DNA from: an uncultured Eubacteriales bacterium
GTDB taxonomy: Bacteria; Bacillota; Clostridia; Oscillospirales; Oscillospiraceae
Direction: 5' to 3'
Assembly: GCA_900545805.1 (NCBI GenBank)
Contig: URAL01000003.1
Coordinates: 1,101 to 65,100 of the forward strand
Length of the DNA stretch: 64,000 bases
This document shows, one piece after another, positions 54,155 to 63,324 of this stretch (its first letter is position 1; each line of letters opens with the position of its first letter). A program made the position numbers and the translations under genes. The notes below the pieces were generated by a model. The model was not told where the DNA came from. It saw only the letters and a program-made list of their open reading frames with translations, and did not search any database.

Positions 54155-55843
54155 ATGGGAAACACTACTGATAAATATATAGGCAGGATACTTGATGACC
54201 GCTATGAGATCATCGAGCTAATCGGCTCGGGCGGCATGGCGAATGTATACAAGGCTCTGTGCCACAGGCTCAACAGATATGACGCGGTCAAAATAATGCG
54301 CGACGAAACTGCGGCGAATACCGAGCTTAGGAGGCGCTTTCGCGCTGAGTCGCAGGCTGTCGCTATGCTTTCTCACCCGAACATCGTTTCGGTTTATGAC
54401 GTAAGCCACAGCGACGATGTCGAGTATATCGTAATGGAGCTTATCGACGGCATAACACTCAAGCAGTACTTACAGAAAAAAAGCGTACTCGATCCCGCCG
54501 AGGTTCTGGATTTTACTATTCAAACTGCAAAAGCGCTTGAGCATGCGCACAGCAAGGGCATCATCCACCGTGATATCAAGCCGCAGAATATCATGCTGCT
54601 CAAGGACGGCATGATAAAGGTCGCTGACTTCGGCATTGCCTCTCTTGAAAGTGACATTGAGGAGAATAACGGCGAGACTGTCGGCTCGGTGCACTATATT
54701 GCGCCCGAGCAGGCGCGAGGGCAGGCACCGGATGCCAGAAGCGACATATACTCCCTCGGCATTGTAATGTACGAAATGCTCACCGGCAAGCTGCCTTATG
54801 TAGGAGCGTCAGATGTTGAGGTTGCCGTGAAGCATATGAACACCGACCCTGTCAGTCCGCGTGAGCTTGCTCCTGATATATCGGAGGAGCTTGAGCGCAT
54901 ATGTCTAAAGGCAATGAACTCCGACATAGAGAAACGCTACCAAACGGCAACTGAGCTGCTGGCAGACCTTGAGCAATACAAGACCCAGACTCTGGCTGCT
55001 CATGTTCTTGAGGATTCCGAGGCGGTGCTTATAGACAGCGATGAGCAGCTGCAGCACAGAGCCAAAAGCCGGCGCAGCCGCAAGATCGCGCTCAGCTCCG
55101 GCATATTGGCGGTTCTGCTGTTTGTTATAATAGGCTTTGTATTCCTAAACGGATATTTCCTCAAGGATCTGTTTTCCGACCCCGTAAAGGTCACGGTAGA
55201 TAATTTCGTCGGCCGTTACTATGAAGACGTTATAAATGATAAAGACTATAAGAAGATCTATGATTTCAAGGTAACCTTTAAGGTTGACCTTGAGCACGAA
55301 TACGGTATTATCCTCTCGCAGGATCCCGAGTCCGGGCGCAGTAAGTCGATAAACGACAAAAACAGCAAAATCGTTGTGGAGCTCGTCTGCGCCGCAGAAA
55401 CGGTAGACGATCAGCCGAGGCTTCTGAAAGTGCCCGATATAGTAAACCGCGAAAGGGAAGAAGCCATAAGCATGATCCAGGATGCAGGCTTTACCTATGT
55501 GCTTGAGCAGGCACCGTCGGACAGCATAACCAAGGGATATGTCATAAGCACCGATCCTGTCGCGGACGCCGCCGCCGACGAGGGCTCGGAGATAAAGATC
55601 ATAATAAGCACGGGCCCGGAAGCCGTTATGACAAAGGTACCTCAGCTCAAGGGCCTTTCCAAGCAGGCCGCGATCGACAAGATAGAAAGCAGCAATCTCA
55701 GCGTGGGAAACATCTCAACAGCGGACAGTGCGCTTGATGCAGGAACGGTCATCAATCAGAACATTGCAGCCGGAACTCAAGTCGAGGAGCATACAAAGAT
55801 ATCTATAACGATATCCGTCGGCCCGTCCGGAAACGGTGGCTGA
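54155..55843 (+). CDS. prkC: Ser/Thr protein kinase with three PASTA repeats (PrkC/Stk1)
   Basis: Kinase motifs GSGGMANVYKA, HRDIKPQN and DFG. A TM segment lies at about residues 320-345, followed by three PASTA-like repeats. Confidence 0.92.
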   Translation: MGNTTDKYIGRILDDRYEIIELIGSGGMANVYKALCHRLNRYDAVKIMRDETAANTELRRRFRAESQAVAMLSHPNIVSVYDVSHSDDVEYIVMELIDGITLKQYLQKKSVLDPAEVLDFTIQTAKALEHAHSKGIIHRDIKPQNIMLLKDGMIKVADFGIASLESDIEENNGETVGSVHYIAPEQARGQAPDARSDIYSLGIVMYEMLTGKLPYVGASDVEVAVKHMNTDPVSPRELAPDISEELERICLKAMNSDIEKRYQTATELLADLEQYKTQTLAAHVLEDSEAVLIDSDEQLQHRAKSRRSRKIALSSGILAVLLFVIIGFVFLNGYFLKDLFSDPVKVTVDNFVGRYYEDVINDKDYKKIYDFKVTFKVDLEHEYGIILSQDPESGRSKSINDKNSKIVVELVCAAETVDDQPRLLKVPDIVNREREEAISMIQDAGFTYVLEQAPSDSITKGYVISTDPVADAAADEGSEIKIIISTGPEAVMTKVPQLKGLSKQAAIDKIESSNLSVGNISTADSALDAGTVINQNIAAGTQVEEHTKISITISVGPSGNGG

Positions 55844-56719
55844 ATGGAAGGAACAATAATCAAAGCTCTCAGCGGTTTTTACTATGTAAATTCCAGTGAC
55901 GGTGTTTATGAATGCCGTGCTCGCGGAAAATTCCGCATTGACGGTACGTCGCCCATGGTCGGCGACAGAGTGAGCTTCAATGCAGATGGCTCAAAGGGCT
56001 GCGTCACGGCTATCCATGAGCGAAAGAATTTCTTTATCCGGCCAACTGTAGCTAATGTTGACGCTCTTATATTTATTGCTGCAAATACAAACCCTGTAAC
56101 AGATCCGTTTTTAATAGATAGAGTGTCCGTTATAACGGAGGAAGCCGGCTGTGAGCTGATTGTATGCATAAATAAAACCGACATTGACCCTGCGGATGAG
56201 CTGTTTAATATCTACTCTGCCTCGGGCTTTGAAACGCACAGAGTAAGCGCCAAAACGGGCGAGGGTATAGACGAGCTGAAAAAAGCCCTTAAGGGCAAGA
56301 TATGCGCCTTCACCGGCAACTCCGGTGTGGGCAAATCGAGTATATTAAATACGATGCTCCCGGAACTGCGTCTTCAAGTTGGAGAGGTGAGCGAAAAGCT
56401 TGGCCGAGGCAGACATACGACACGCCATGTTGAGCTGTTTGACGCAGGTGGCGAGACCTATATCGCTGACACGCCTGGCTTTGCCTCGTTCGAGATTGAA
56501 ATGATGCAGGCCATAGACAAGTCAGAGCTGCAATACGATTTCCGCGATTTCAGAAAATATATCGGCTCGTGCCGCTTTGCCGATTGCGCTCATCTGAAGG
56601 AGCCCGGCTGCGCGGTGACAGCCGCTGTTGAAGGCGGACTAATACAAAAAAGCCGCTACGGTTCATATGCAAGGCTCTATGAGCTTGCGGCAAAAAATAA
56701 GCTTTGGGAAAACAAATAG
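55844..56719 (+). CDS. rsgA: ribosome small subunit-dependent GTPase A
   Basis: OB-fold N-terminus, NKTD, GNSGVGKSS, and the C-terminal zinc motif CRFADCAHLKEPGC. Confidence 0.92.
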   Translation: MEGTIIKALSGFYYVNSSDGVYECRARGKFRIDGTSPMVGDRVSFNADGSKGCVTAIHERKNFFIRPTVANVDALIFIAANTNPVTDPFLIDRVSVITEEAGCELIVCINKTDIDPADELFNIYSASGFETHRVSAKTGEGIDELKKALKGKICAFTGNSGVGKSSILNTMLPELRLQVGEVSEKLGRGRHTTRHVELFDAGGETYIADTPGFASFEIEMMQAIDKSELQYDFRDFRKYIGSCRFADCAHLKEPGCAVTAAVEGGLIQKSRYGSYARLYELAAKNKLWENK

Positions 56720-56728
56720 AATACTCAG

Positions 56729-56780
56729 ACCGCCTCCGGCATACGCTTTATAAAAATGCGTGTGCTGGGGGCGGTTTTTT
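56729..56780 (+). terminator. strong intrinsic terminator after rsgA
   Basis: About 18 bp of nested pairing (ACCGCCTCCGGCATACGC / GCGTGTGCTGGGGGCGGT) around an 11-nt loop, followed by TTTTTT. Confidence 0.8.
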
Positions 56781-56808
56781 GCGTAAGGGTCCGTGTGCGT
56801 TATTCGCC

Positions 56809-56931
56809 GTGATAGCAATAGTTTCAGGCATTATCATAATTCTTTCGCTCATACTTCCAACACAGTTTTGGTGGTTTATGCTGGCCGCGGCTCTAATATG
56901 CCTTGGAGTTTGGCTCGTTCGCTGTCATTAA
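56809..56931 (+). CDS. possible small hydrophobic protein (about 40 aa; start uncertain)
   Basis: Open frame after the terminator encoding (V/M)IAIVSGIIIILSLILPTQFWWFMLAAALICLGVWLVRCH, with two predicted TM helices. The only in-frame start is a GTG, and the RBS is poor. Confidence 0.3.
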   Translation: MIAIVSGIIIILSLILPTQFWWFMLAAALICLGVWLVRCH

Positions 56932-56953
56932 GCCTTATACGGCAGCATAGTAT
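56925..56953 (+). promoter_or_regulatory. candidate sigma-E-like promoter for the SipL-like gene and spoIIIA operon
   Basis: TCATTAA, a 14-nt spacer, then CATAGTAT. The match to the sigma-E consensus is 6 of 7 and 6 of 8. It lies 29 nt upstream of ATG 56982. Confidence 0.35.
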
Positions 56954-56981
56954 GTACAAAGCAAGTTTAAGGAGAAATGCC

Positions 56982-58454
56982 ATGAAGATCGAACTTAAAA
57001 GCAGTGAAGGCAGTACCTATAAAATGCTATGCAGCTCCAAAGGCGAGGCGCACAGCGATGCAGAGCTTATAATCCCCGATACACTGGAGGATATACTCCG
57101 TATCCTATGCTGCCGCCGACAGTACAGAATACGCGAAAAGACCGTAAGTAAGGATACGGTATGTATATGCGGCGAAGTAGATGTTACGGTCATGTATATC
57201 CCTGAATCGGGTGAGGGCGTTCGCGTTGTCGGAACCACAGCTTCGTTTGAGGTCAACCTTGACGCTCCGGATGCAGACAGCACGAGCATTGCAGTTACAA
57301 AGCTCTTGTCGCTCACTGTGGACGCCAAGGCGGTTAACCCGCGAAAAATATCCGTAAGCGCAGACGTTTATATGGAGCAAAGCTGCTATAAATATGTTGA
57401 CGTCTGCTGGACAGAGCCTCCCTCCGAAGCTCCGGATAAGTTGTTTTTCAAAACGCAGGAGCTAAAGTGCAGAAGTATAGAGCTTGTTTCCGAAAAAACG
57501 CTCAGCATAGAAGATGAGCTTGACCTGCCGGAGAAATGCCTCGGCGGTGACTTTGTCAAGGCATTCAGCACTGTAAAAATCGCCGGCAGCGAGGTTGTAG
57601 GCACTAAGCTCGTCGTAAAGGGAAGCGCAGAAATTGAAGCCTTGTATCTCGTGTCGGGAATTCCGCGGTCGGCAAGCTTCTCACTGCCTTTTTCTCAGCT
57701 GTTTGAGCTTCCCGACGGCTGTACGCAACCCGAGGTATCCGCTGCTGCCATGATTACAGGGCAGTATTTCGAGTCTTTTGACAAAAAGCTTTCGGCGGAC
57801 ATTCGCGCCGCGATACAGATAGTGTGCCTCCGGGAGCGCAGCATCAGATACATAATTGATGCATATTCCTGCAAAAAGCAGCTAGGACTTACGCGAAGTG
57901 AGAGTCGCTGCCTTACAAATACCGAGGAAGACTCACAGAGCCGCAGCGTACATCTGTCATATAATTCAGACTACGGCGCTGAGGAGATACTGTTTTCATC
58001 GGCTTATGCGGCCTGTGCGGAGGTGAGCGAAAATGAGGTGCTCATACCGGTAACGTCGGATATCGTATATAAAGACCGTAATGGTGAGCTCAGAGCCTGC
58101 CGTGTCAGAGGTAAGGCGCAGTTTGAGCTCAGTTCTGACCGTAAGCCGAACGAGGTTTACGTCACAAATGTATATGTAAGTGCCTCTGCGACGGGAAATA
58201 GCGTAAATGCCGACATAGATGTAGCATTTACCATGCGATATCTTAGCTACGGCAGCATAAGCATGATTACCGAGGTCTGCGAAACTGAGCAGAATCGTGA
58301 AAGGGCGGACGCAGCTTTGTATATGTGCCGCTGCACTGACGGCGATCTATGGAGTCTTGCGAAAAAGTACGGCTCGGATGTTGATCTCATAATGTTAATA
58401 AACGAAATTGACGGCGTACCCGATGATAGGCTGCTGCTCATCCCGGTTATATAA
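56982..58454 (+). CDS. DUF3794 (SPOCS) repeat protein with a C-terminal LysM domain (SipL/SpoVID-like)
   Basis: 490 aa from MKIELK after an AAGGAGA RBS. It has repeated beta-rich DUF3794-like modules (PDTLEDILRI..., GEVDVTVMYI...). The C-terminal LysM-like segment is LYMCRCTDGDLWSLAKKYGSDVDLIMLINEI. Confidence 0.6.
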   Translation: MKIELKSSEGSTYKMLCSSKGEAHSDAELIIPDTLEDILRILCCRRQYRIREKTVSKDTVCICGEVDVTVMYIPESGEGVRVVGTTASFEVNLDAPDADSTSIAVTKLLSLTVDAKAVNPRKISVSADVYMEQSCYKYVDVCWTEPPSEAPDKLFFKTQELKCRSIELVSEKTLSIEDELDLPEKCLGGDFVKAFSTVKIAGSEVVGTKLVVKGSAEIEALYLVSGIPRSASFSLPFSQLFELPDGCTQPEVSAAAMITGQYFESFDKKLSADIRAAIQIVCLRERSIRYIIDAYSCKKQLGLTRSESRCLTNTEEDSQSRSVHLSYNSDYGAEEILFSSAYAACAEVSENEVLIPVTSDIVYKDRNGELRACRVRGKAQFELSSDRKPNEVYVTNVYVSASATGNSVNADIDVAFTMRYLSYGSISMITEVCETEQNRERADAALYMCRCTDGDLWSLAKKYGSDVDLIMLINEIDGVPDDRLLLIPVI

Positions 58455-58456
58455 GT

Positions 58457-59323
58457 ATGATAAACGCGTATGATGAGGCTGTGAAGCTGCTGCCTGCAAA
58501 AACGGCGGCAGCTCTCGGCAAAGAGCTTAGGTGCGCCGAGGAATTCAGACTCCGTACAGGCTATGCTATGACCGCACTCATAGACGGAAGAGAATTGCCT
58601 GTATCAGACACCTCCGTTACTCAAGAAGATATTGCCTGCGTTATCGAAAAGGCTACCCGCGCATCTGTACACACGGTTCAGCAGGATATGACCAGAGGAT
58701 TTATCAGCTGCGGTTTCGGACTGCGCCTCGGCGTTTGCGGCACCGGCATAATATCGGGCTGTGCGGTATCAGGACTTCGGGATATCAGCTCAGTTTCGAT
58801 TCGCATACCTCATGAAGTGCGCTCCTGCGGAGGTAATGCGGCAAAAATGCTGTATGGCAGCCGGGATAACACTCTTATTGTCTCACCGCCCGGCGGCGGA
58901 AAAACGACCCTTTTGCGTGAGCTGATACGGTCTATATCAGCATCTGGCATAAGAATCGCTGTTGCAGATGAGCGCAGGGAGCTGGCGGCAATGTATCGCG
59001 GCTCACCGCAGTTTGATATAGGACCGGCTACCGATGTCATGTCGGACATACCAAAGGCTGAATCTGTCATGATGCTGCTCAGGACAATGAATCCGCAGGT
59101 AATAGTAATGGATGAGATTTCCACTCCAGACGATTGCTCGGCAGCAGCATCGGCAATTGGCTGCGGAGTTCGTGTCATCGCATCGGCGCACGCTGCATCT
59201 GTTGGTGAGCTTAAAAAACGCGCAGTGTATCGCGGCCTTATAGAGTCTGGAGCATTCACCGCCGCAGTCATCATTGAAAACAGCGGAGGAACACGCAGCT
59301 ATAGATGGGAGAGTCTGCAATGA
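58457..59323 (+). CDS. spoIIIAA: stage III sporulation protein AA (ATPase)
   Basis: 288 aa with Walker A SPPGGGKTTLLRE and Walker B VIVMDEI. It is the first gene of an eight-gene AA-AH array. Confidence 0.9.
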   Translation: MINAYDEAVKLLPAKTAAALGKELRCAEEFRLRTGYAMTALIDGRELPVSDTSVTQEDIACVIEKATRASVHTVQQDMTRGFISCGFGLRLGVCGTGIISGCAVSGLRDISSVSIRIPHEVRSCGGNAAKMLYGSRDNTLIVSPPGGGKTTLLRELIRSISASGIRIAVADERRELAAMYRGSPQFDIGPATDVMSDIPKAESVMMLLRTMNPQVIVMDEISTPDDCSAAASAIGCGVRVIASAHAASVGELKKRAVYRGLIESGAFTAAVIIENSGGTRSYRWESLQ

Positions 59324-59829
59324 ACCTTATCGGCGCAATGCTTATAATGCTTGGCTGTGCTGCAGCAGGCATCATGAAAGCGCACGGGCTCGGTGAACTG
59401 GACAAGACCTACAGCTCGCTAATTTCCGCACTTATGCTCATGAAAAGTGAAATATCCTCGCGTGCATCCGCTCTCGATGATGTTATGAATGTCGCCCGGA
59501 GCTCGGCGGCAGGCGATACAGCACGGTTTATCGGAACGGTGATTGAAAATTTTTCAATACTTGGCGAGAAATCATTCTGCACCATATGGTCAAGCGCGGC
59601 GGAAAGCTGCCTGCAAAGCATATCTCAACGCTCACTGTCAGCCGTCAAGGTCCTCGGCGGCAGTCTCGGAAAATATGAAAGCGCCATGCAGTGCGCGGCT
59701 ATAGGCCGCTGTATAGACGAGCTGTCGGCAGAGCAGAAAAGCTTAAGGGAAACGCTCGGCACAAACAAAAGAATGTACATCGGCATAGGCGGAGCCGCAG
59801 GGCTTATCATTGCCATCGTGCTGATCTGA
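59320..59829 (+). CDS. spoIIIAB: stage III sporulation protein AB
   Basis: MNLIGAMLIMLGCAAAG start that overlaps the AA stop (ATGA). It has a TM segment at each end. The call also rests on operon position. Confidence 0.85.
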   Translation: MNLIGAMLIMLGCAAAGIMKAHGLGELDKTYSSLISALMLMKSEISSRASALDDVMNVARSSAAGDTARFIGTVIENFSILGEKSFCTIWSSAAESCLQSISQRSLSAVKVLGGSLGKYESAMQCAAIGRCIDELSAEQKSLRETLGTNKRMYIGIGGAAGLIIAIVLI

Positions 59830-59838
59830 GGAGGAACA

Positions 59839-60033
59839 ATGGAAGTTGAGCTCATATTCAAAATAGCGGCAGTCGGAATACTTGTAGCGGTGCTTAATAT
59901 ACTGCTGTCACGCTCCGGAAGGGACGAGCAGGCACTTATGACAACGATTGCGGCACTGGTAGTCGTGCTTATAGTCGTAGTGCAGAAGATCAGTGAGCTT
60001 TTCGTGCTCATAAAAGACTTGTTTCAGCTCTGA
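59839..60033 (+). CDS. spoIIIAC: stage III sporulation protein AC
   Basis: 64 aa, two TM segments, and IFKIAAVGILVAVLNILLSRSGRDEQA. Confidence 0.9.
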   Translation: MEVELIFKIAAVGILVAVLNILLSRSGRDEQALMTTIAALVVVLIVVVQKISELFVLIKDLFQL

Positions 60034-60419
60034 TGGATATTGTGATAAAGGCCGCGGCTATAGCCGTTGTCTCCGCATTGTGTATTCTGCTTATAAAAAA
60101 GAGCAATCAGGAGATCGGGCTTGCCGCCGCGCTCGCTGCCGCTGCAGTTATCTGCTTTGCAGCAGTGAGGTTGTTTGAGAGCATACTTGAGCTCGTGCGA
60201 TACACCATATTGCAGACCGGTCTCAGCTCCGCACTTTTTCTTCCGATAATTAAATGCGTCGGCATAGCTGTTGTCGTCAAGGTAACCTCAGGTCTGTGTA
60301 AGGATGCCGGGCAAAGCGGAATAGCTTCCGCTTTGGAAATGCTCGGCTCCGCTGCCGCGCTGTTCACGGCACTTCCCCTAATTTACTCACTTTTAGAGAC
60401 GATCGGCGGACTGATATGA
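60033..60419 (+). CDS. spoIIIAD: stage III sporulation protein AD
   Basis: 128 aa, polytopic, with IIKCVGIAVVVKVTSGLCKDAGQSGIASALE. Confidence 0.9.
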   Translation: MDIVIKAAAIAVVSALCILLIKKSNQEIGLAAALAAAAVICFAAVRLFESILELVRYTILQTGLSSALFLPIIKCVGIAVVVKVTSGLCKDAGQSGIASALEMLGSAAALFTALPLIYSLLETIGGLI

Positions 60420-61471
60420 AAAAGCTTTTATTCATCCTTATATTTTCGGCTTTACTTATAACGCCGTGCTGCGCAGCGCCTTATGACGATGCACAGCTGC
60501 ACGATTCACTGCCGGACTATGCCGACGAGCTGGTCGGAGAGACAGAGCAATCTCCGCAGGACGGACTTTCAAGACTCGGCGATGCGTTCACCAAGGCCGT
60601 TTCAGGCGGCCTCGGCGGCGTTATAAAGCGAGCTGTGAGCATAATAGCCGTAGCCATGATATGCGCGGTGCTCGCAGTGTTCTGCGACGATGCTCCCGAA
60701 TACGTAACGCTCGGCGGATGCGCCGCAATAGCGATAATAAGCGTTTCTGACGTCAATTCGTTCATATCGTCGGGCGCGGACGTAATAACGACGCTGTCGG
60801 GATTTTCAAAAACGCTGCTGCCCGCAATGTGCGCGGCCTCCGCCGCCTGTGGAACGCTGTCGTCGGCAACGGTCAAGTATGCGGCGTCGGTTTTATTTAT
60901 GGACTCGTTCGTAACCGTCGCTCAGAGCGTCATACTGCCGCTTATCTACGCGTATCTTGCCGTCGGCATAGCGGCGGCGGCCTTCGGTAATAAAAGCCTA
61001 TGCGATATATCCTCGCTTTTAAAGCGCTTGAGCACACTTTTGATGATAGCGGTATCGCTTGGCTTTACAGCATATATAAGCATAAGCTCGATCATAGCCT
61101 CCGGCGGCGACGCGGTTGCGTCGAAATTTGCAAAGACCGCAATTTCCACGGCGCTGCCTGTAGTCGGAGGCATAATTTCAGACGCAGCATCCACAGTTGT
61201 CGCCGGAGCGGAGTCAATGCGCAATACCGTCGGCATATTCGGTATGTTAGCGCTGCTTGCGGTGTGCGTTTCACCGTTTGCGGTCATGGCGGTAAATTAT
61301 CTCGGCTATAAACTCACGGCTGCCGCCGTGAGAGCCTTCGGATGTAAAAAGCTTGCATCGCTGACTGACTGTATCGGCTCTGCCATTGGCATGATCCTCG
61401 GTCTTGCAGGCTGCTGTGCGATAATCCTTTTTGTATCCATGGCTGCATCAATAAAGGCGGTGGGAGGATAA
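60416..61471 (+). CDS. spoIIIAE: stage III sporulation protein AE
   Basis: 351 aa with a signal peptide and a polytopic Ala/Gly-rich membrane domain. The call also rests on operon position. Confidence 0.88.
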   Translation: MKKLLFILIFSALLITPCCAAPYDDAQLHDSLPDYADELVGETEQSPQDGLSRLGDAFTKAVSGGLGGVIKRAVSIIAVAMICAVLAVFCDDAPEYVTLGGCAAIAIISVSDVNSFISSGADVITTLSGFSKTLLPAMCAASAACGTLSSATVKYAASVLFMDSFVTVAQSVILPLIYAYLAVGIAAAAFGNKSLCDISSLLKRLSTLLMIAVSLGFTAYISISSIIASGGDAVASKFAKTAISTALPVVGGIISDAASTVVAGAESMRNTVGIFGMLALLAVCVSPFAVMAVNYLGYKLTAAAVRAFGCKKLASLTDCIGSAIGMILGLAGCCAIILFVSMAASIKAVGG

Positions 61472-61968
61472 TGTCAGAGCTTTTCAATCAATGGCTGCAC
61501 GCGGTCATATATACGGGCATCGTATGCTCAACAGCCTTGCTTCTTACACCCGATGGCAGGGTAAAAAAAGCGCTGGCTATCATCTGCGCCGTGGCCATGT
61601 GCGCATCTATCGCCTCTCCGCTTTCTGAGCTTGACTTTGATGCATATTCCAGGGCAATGGCGAATTATAAGCTAGATGCCGAGCGGTATACACGGCAGGG
61701 TGAGGACTACAGCAAAAATTTAAACCGCACTATCATAGAAGACGAATGTCGGGCATATATATTGGACAAAGCCGATGAGATCGGCGCCGTGCTGTCCGAG
61801 GTCACCGTGACGGCTATCTGGAGCAGCGACGGCTACTGGTATCCGCATGAGGCAAAAATCGTTTGCTCGGCTACGGATGAACAGAGAAGCAGGCTGTCCG
61901 ACTATATCCAAACGCAGCTGGGAATAAGTATCGGCAATCAGAATTGGAGCGATGCAGCAAATGAGTGA
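61471..61968 (+). CDS. spoIIIAF: stage III sporulation protein AF
   Basis: 165 aa with two N-terminal TM segments and a soluble C-terminal domain. The call also rests on operon position. Confidence 0.8.
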   Translation: MSELFNQWLHAVIYTGIVCSTALLLTPDGRVKKALAIICAVAMCASIASPLSELDFDAYSRAMANYKLDAERYTRQGEDYSKNLNRTIIEDECRAYILDKADEIGAVLSEVTVTAIWSSDGYWYPHEAKIVCSATDEQRSRLSDYIQTQLGISIGNQNWSDAANE

Positions 61969-62287
61969 TAAACTGAAAAACCGGTTTAATAAATTCAAAT
62001 ATCCCATGCTGGCGCTCGTGCTCGGATTGATAATAATGCTTCTCCCCATAAGCGGCACAAAATCAGCAAATGCCGCCGCTCAGAGCGATGAGCAGCGCCT
62101 CGCGTCGGTACTTCAAAAATGCGATGGCGTAGGTGACGTAACGGTACTTCTGTCCGACACGGGAGCCGTCATCGTATGTACCGGAGCGGACAACGCCACC
62201 GTAAAATTTTCTATAGTAAAGGCCGTTGAAGCCTTCACAGGCTTTTCCGCAGACAGCATTCAGGTAATTAAACTGCGCCGAATATAG
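61961..62287 (+). CDS. spoIIIAG: stage III sporulation protein AG, unusually short form
   Basis: About 108 aa with one TM segment, then DEQRLASVLQKCDGVGDVTVLL and GAVIVCTGADNATVKFSIVKAVEAFTGFSADSIQVIKL. These match the two halves of the SpoIIIAG ring-building motif. An alternative ATG lies at 61952. Confidence 0.7.
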   Translation: MSDKLKNRFNKFKYPMLALVLGLIIMLLPISGTKSANAAAQSDEQRLASVLQKCDGVGDVTVLLSDTGAVIVCTGADNATVKFSIVKAVEAFTGFSADSIQVIKLRRI

Positions 62288-62296
62288 GAGGTTAAA

Positions 62297-62836
62297 ATGA
62301 AGCATATTAAAAGAAATGTGACTATTGCTGCGGTACTGCTGCTCGTATGCGCAGCGGTGTATCTCAACTGGTCGTACAATAACAAATGGGGGACTGCAGA
62401 TCCGGCTATGGTAAAAGCCGAAGACGCTGCGATGAAAGCCGCAAACGAAGCCTACGAAGCGGCGAACACAAACAGCTCGAGCGGATATTTCGCAGAGGCC
62501 CGCCTCAACCGTCAGATATCACGCGATGAGGCTATGAAGCTGCTTGAGGATGCTGTCAAATCCGACACTGCATCGCAGGAGACTATAGATTCAGCAATGA
62601 CTTCCATATCCGCAATGGCAAACTGCTCCATGAAGGAATCCCAGCTTGAAAACAAGCTGCTGGCAAAGGACTTTTCCGACTGCGTCGTTTATATGAGCGA
62701 GGACTCGATAACCGTTGCCGTTCCGGCTCCGCATGACGGTCTCAGCGAGGCTGCAGTTGCGAGAATAACCGAAACCGTTACCTCCGAGACCTCATATACG
62801 GCGGCTCAGCTCAACGTAATCGAAGTGCCATCGTAA
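62297..62836 (+). CDS. spoIIIAH: stage III sporulation protein AH
   Basis: 179 aa with an N-terminal TM segment and a C-terminal YscJ/FliF-like domain (FSDCVVYMSEDSITVAV). An AGGAGG RBS is present. Confidence 0.85.
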   Translation: MKHIKRNVTIAAVLLLVCAAVYLNWSYNNKWGTADPAMVKAEDAAMKAANEAYEAANTNSSSGYFAEARLNRQISRDEAMKLLEDAVKSDTASQETIDSAMTSISAMANCSMKESQLENKLLAKDFSDCVVYMSEDSITVAVPAPHDGLSEAAVARITETVTSETSYTAAQLNVIEVPS

Positions 62837-62863
62837 AAAAGACGGGAAAAACCCGTCTTTTTT
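62835..62863 (+). terminator. intrinsic terminator after the spoIIIA operon
   Basis: A-run, stem GACGGG/CCCGTC with loop AAAAA, then a T-run. Confidence 0.85.
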
Positions 62864-62943
62864 CTTTATTTTTGCCTTATGTTGTGGTAAAATACTATGA
62901 CAGAATTTTTGCACCGTCGGTGCAGACACAATGGAGGCACATC

Positions 62944-63306
62944 ATGAGTGAAAATTATATTAGCTGCAAAGCCGAAAACGGCAGCATAAATATATCCGAG
63001 GAAGTCATATCCGCAATGGTGCGCACGGCTGTGACAGAAGTTGAGGGCGTTGCCGCCATATCCAACACGACGACCGGCGAGATCGCAGAGCTTATCGGTA
63101 TAAAGACCATGTCCAAGGGCGTTACGGTTCAGATAATAGAAGATACCGTCAAGGTCGATGTTATCATCCTCGTCCGCTACGGCTGCAATATCGTAAATGT
63201 TGCACGTGACGTTCAGAGCTCTGTCGGCGAAGTTGTTCATGCCGTCACCGGCATTGAAAAGGCGGAGATAAATGTTCACGTCTCGGGCGTTGCATTTGAA
63301 AAGTAG
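62944..63306 (+). CDS. Asp23/Gls24 family envelope stress protein
   Basis: MSENYIS start and INISEEVISAMVRTAVTEVEGVAAIS. It occupies the same position as B. subtilis yqhY, upstream of nusB. Confidence 0.85.
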   Translation: MSENYISCKAENGSINISEEVISAMVRTAVTEVEGVAAISNTTTGEIAELIGIKTMSKGVTVQIIEDTVKVDVIILVRYGCNIVNVARDVQSSVGEVVHAVTGIEKAEINVHVSGVAFEK

Positions 63307-63324
63307 GATACGAGGTATTTTTGA

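Noticed and set aside
62872-62893. TTGCCT at 62872-62877 as a -35 for the TGgTAAAAT extended -10 (62885-62893) upstream of the asp23 gene.
   Set aside because: The spacing is only 10 nt, so the hexamer cannot serve as the -35. The extended -10 alone may still act as a promoter, but I did not list it as a feature.
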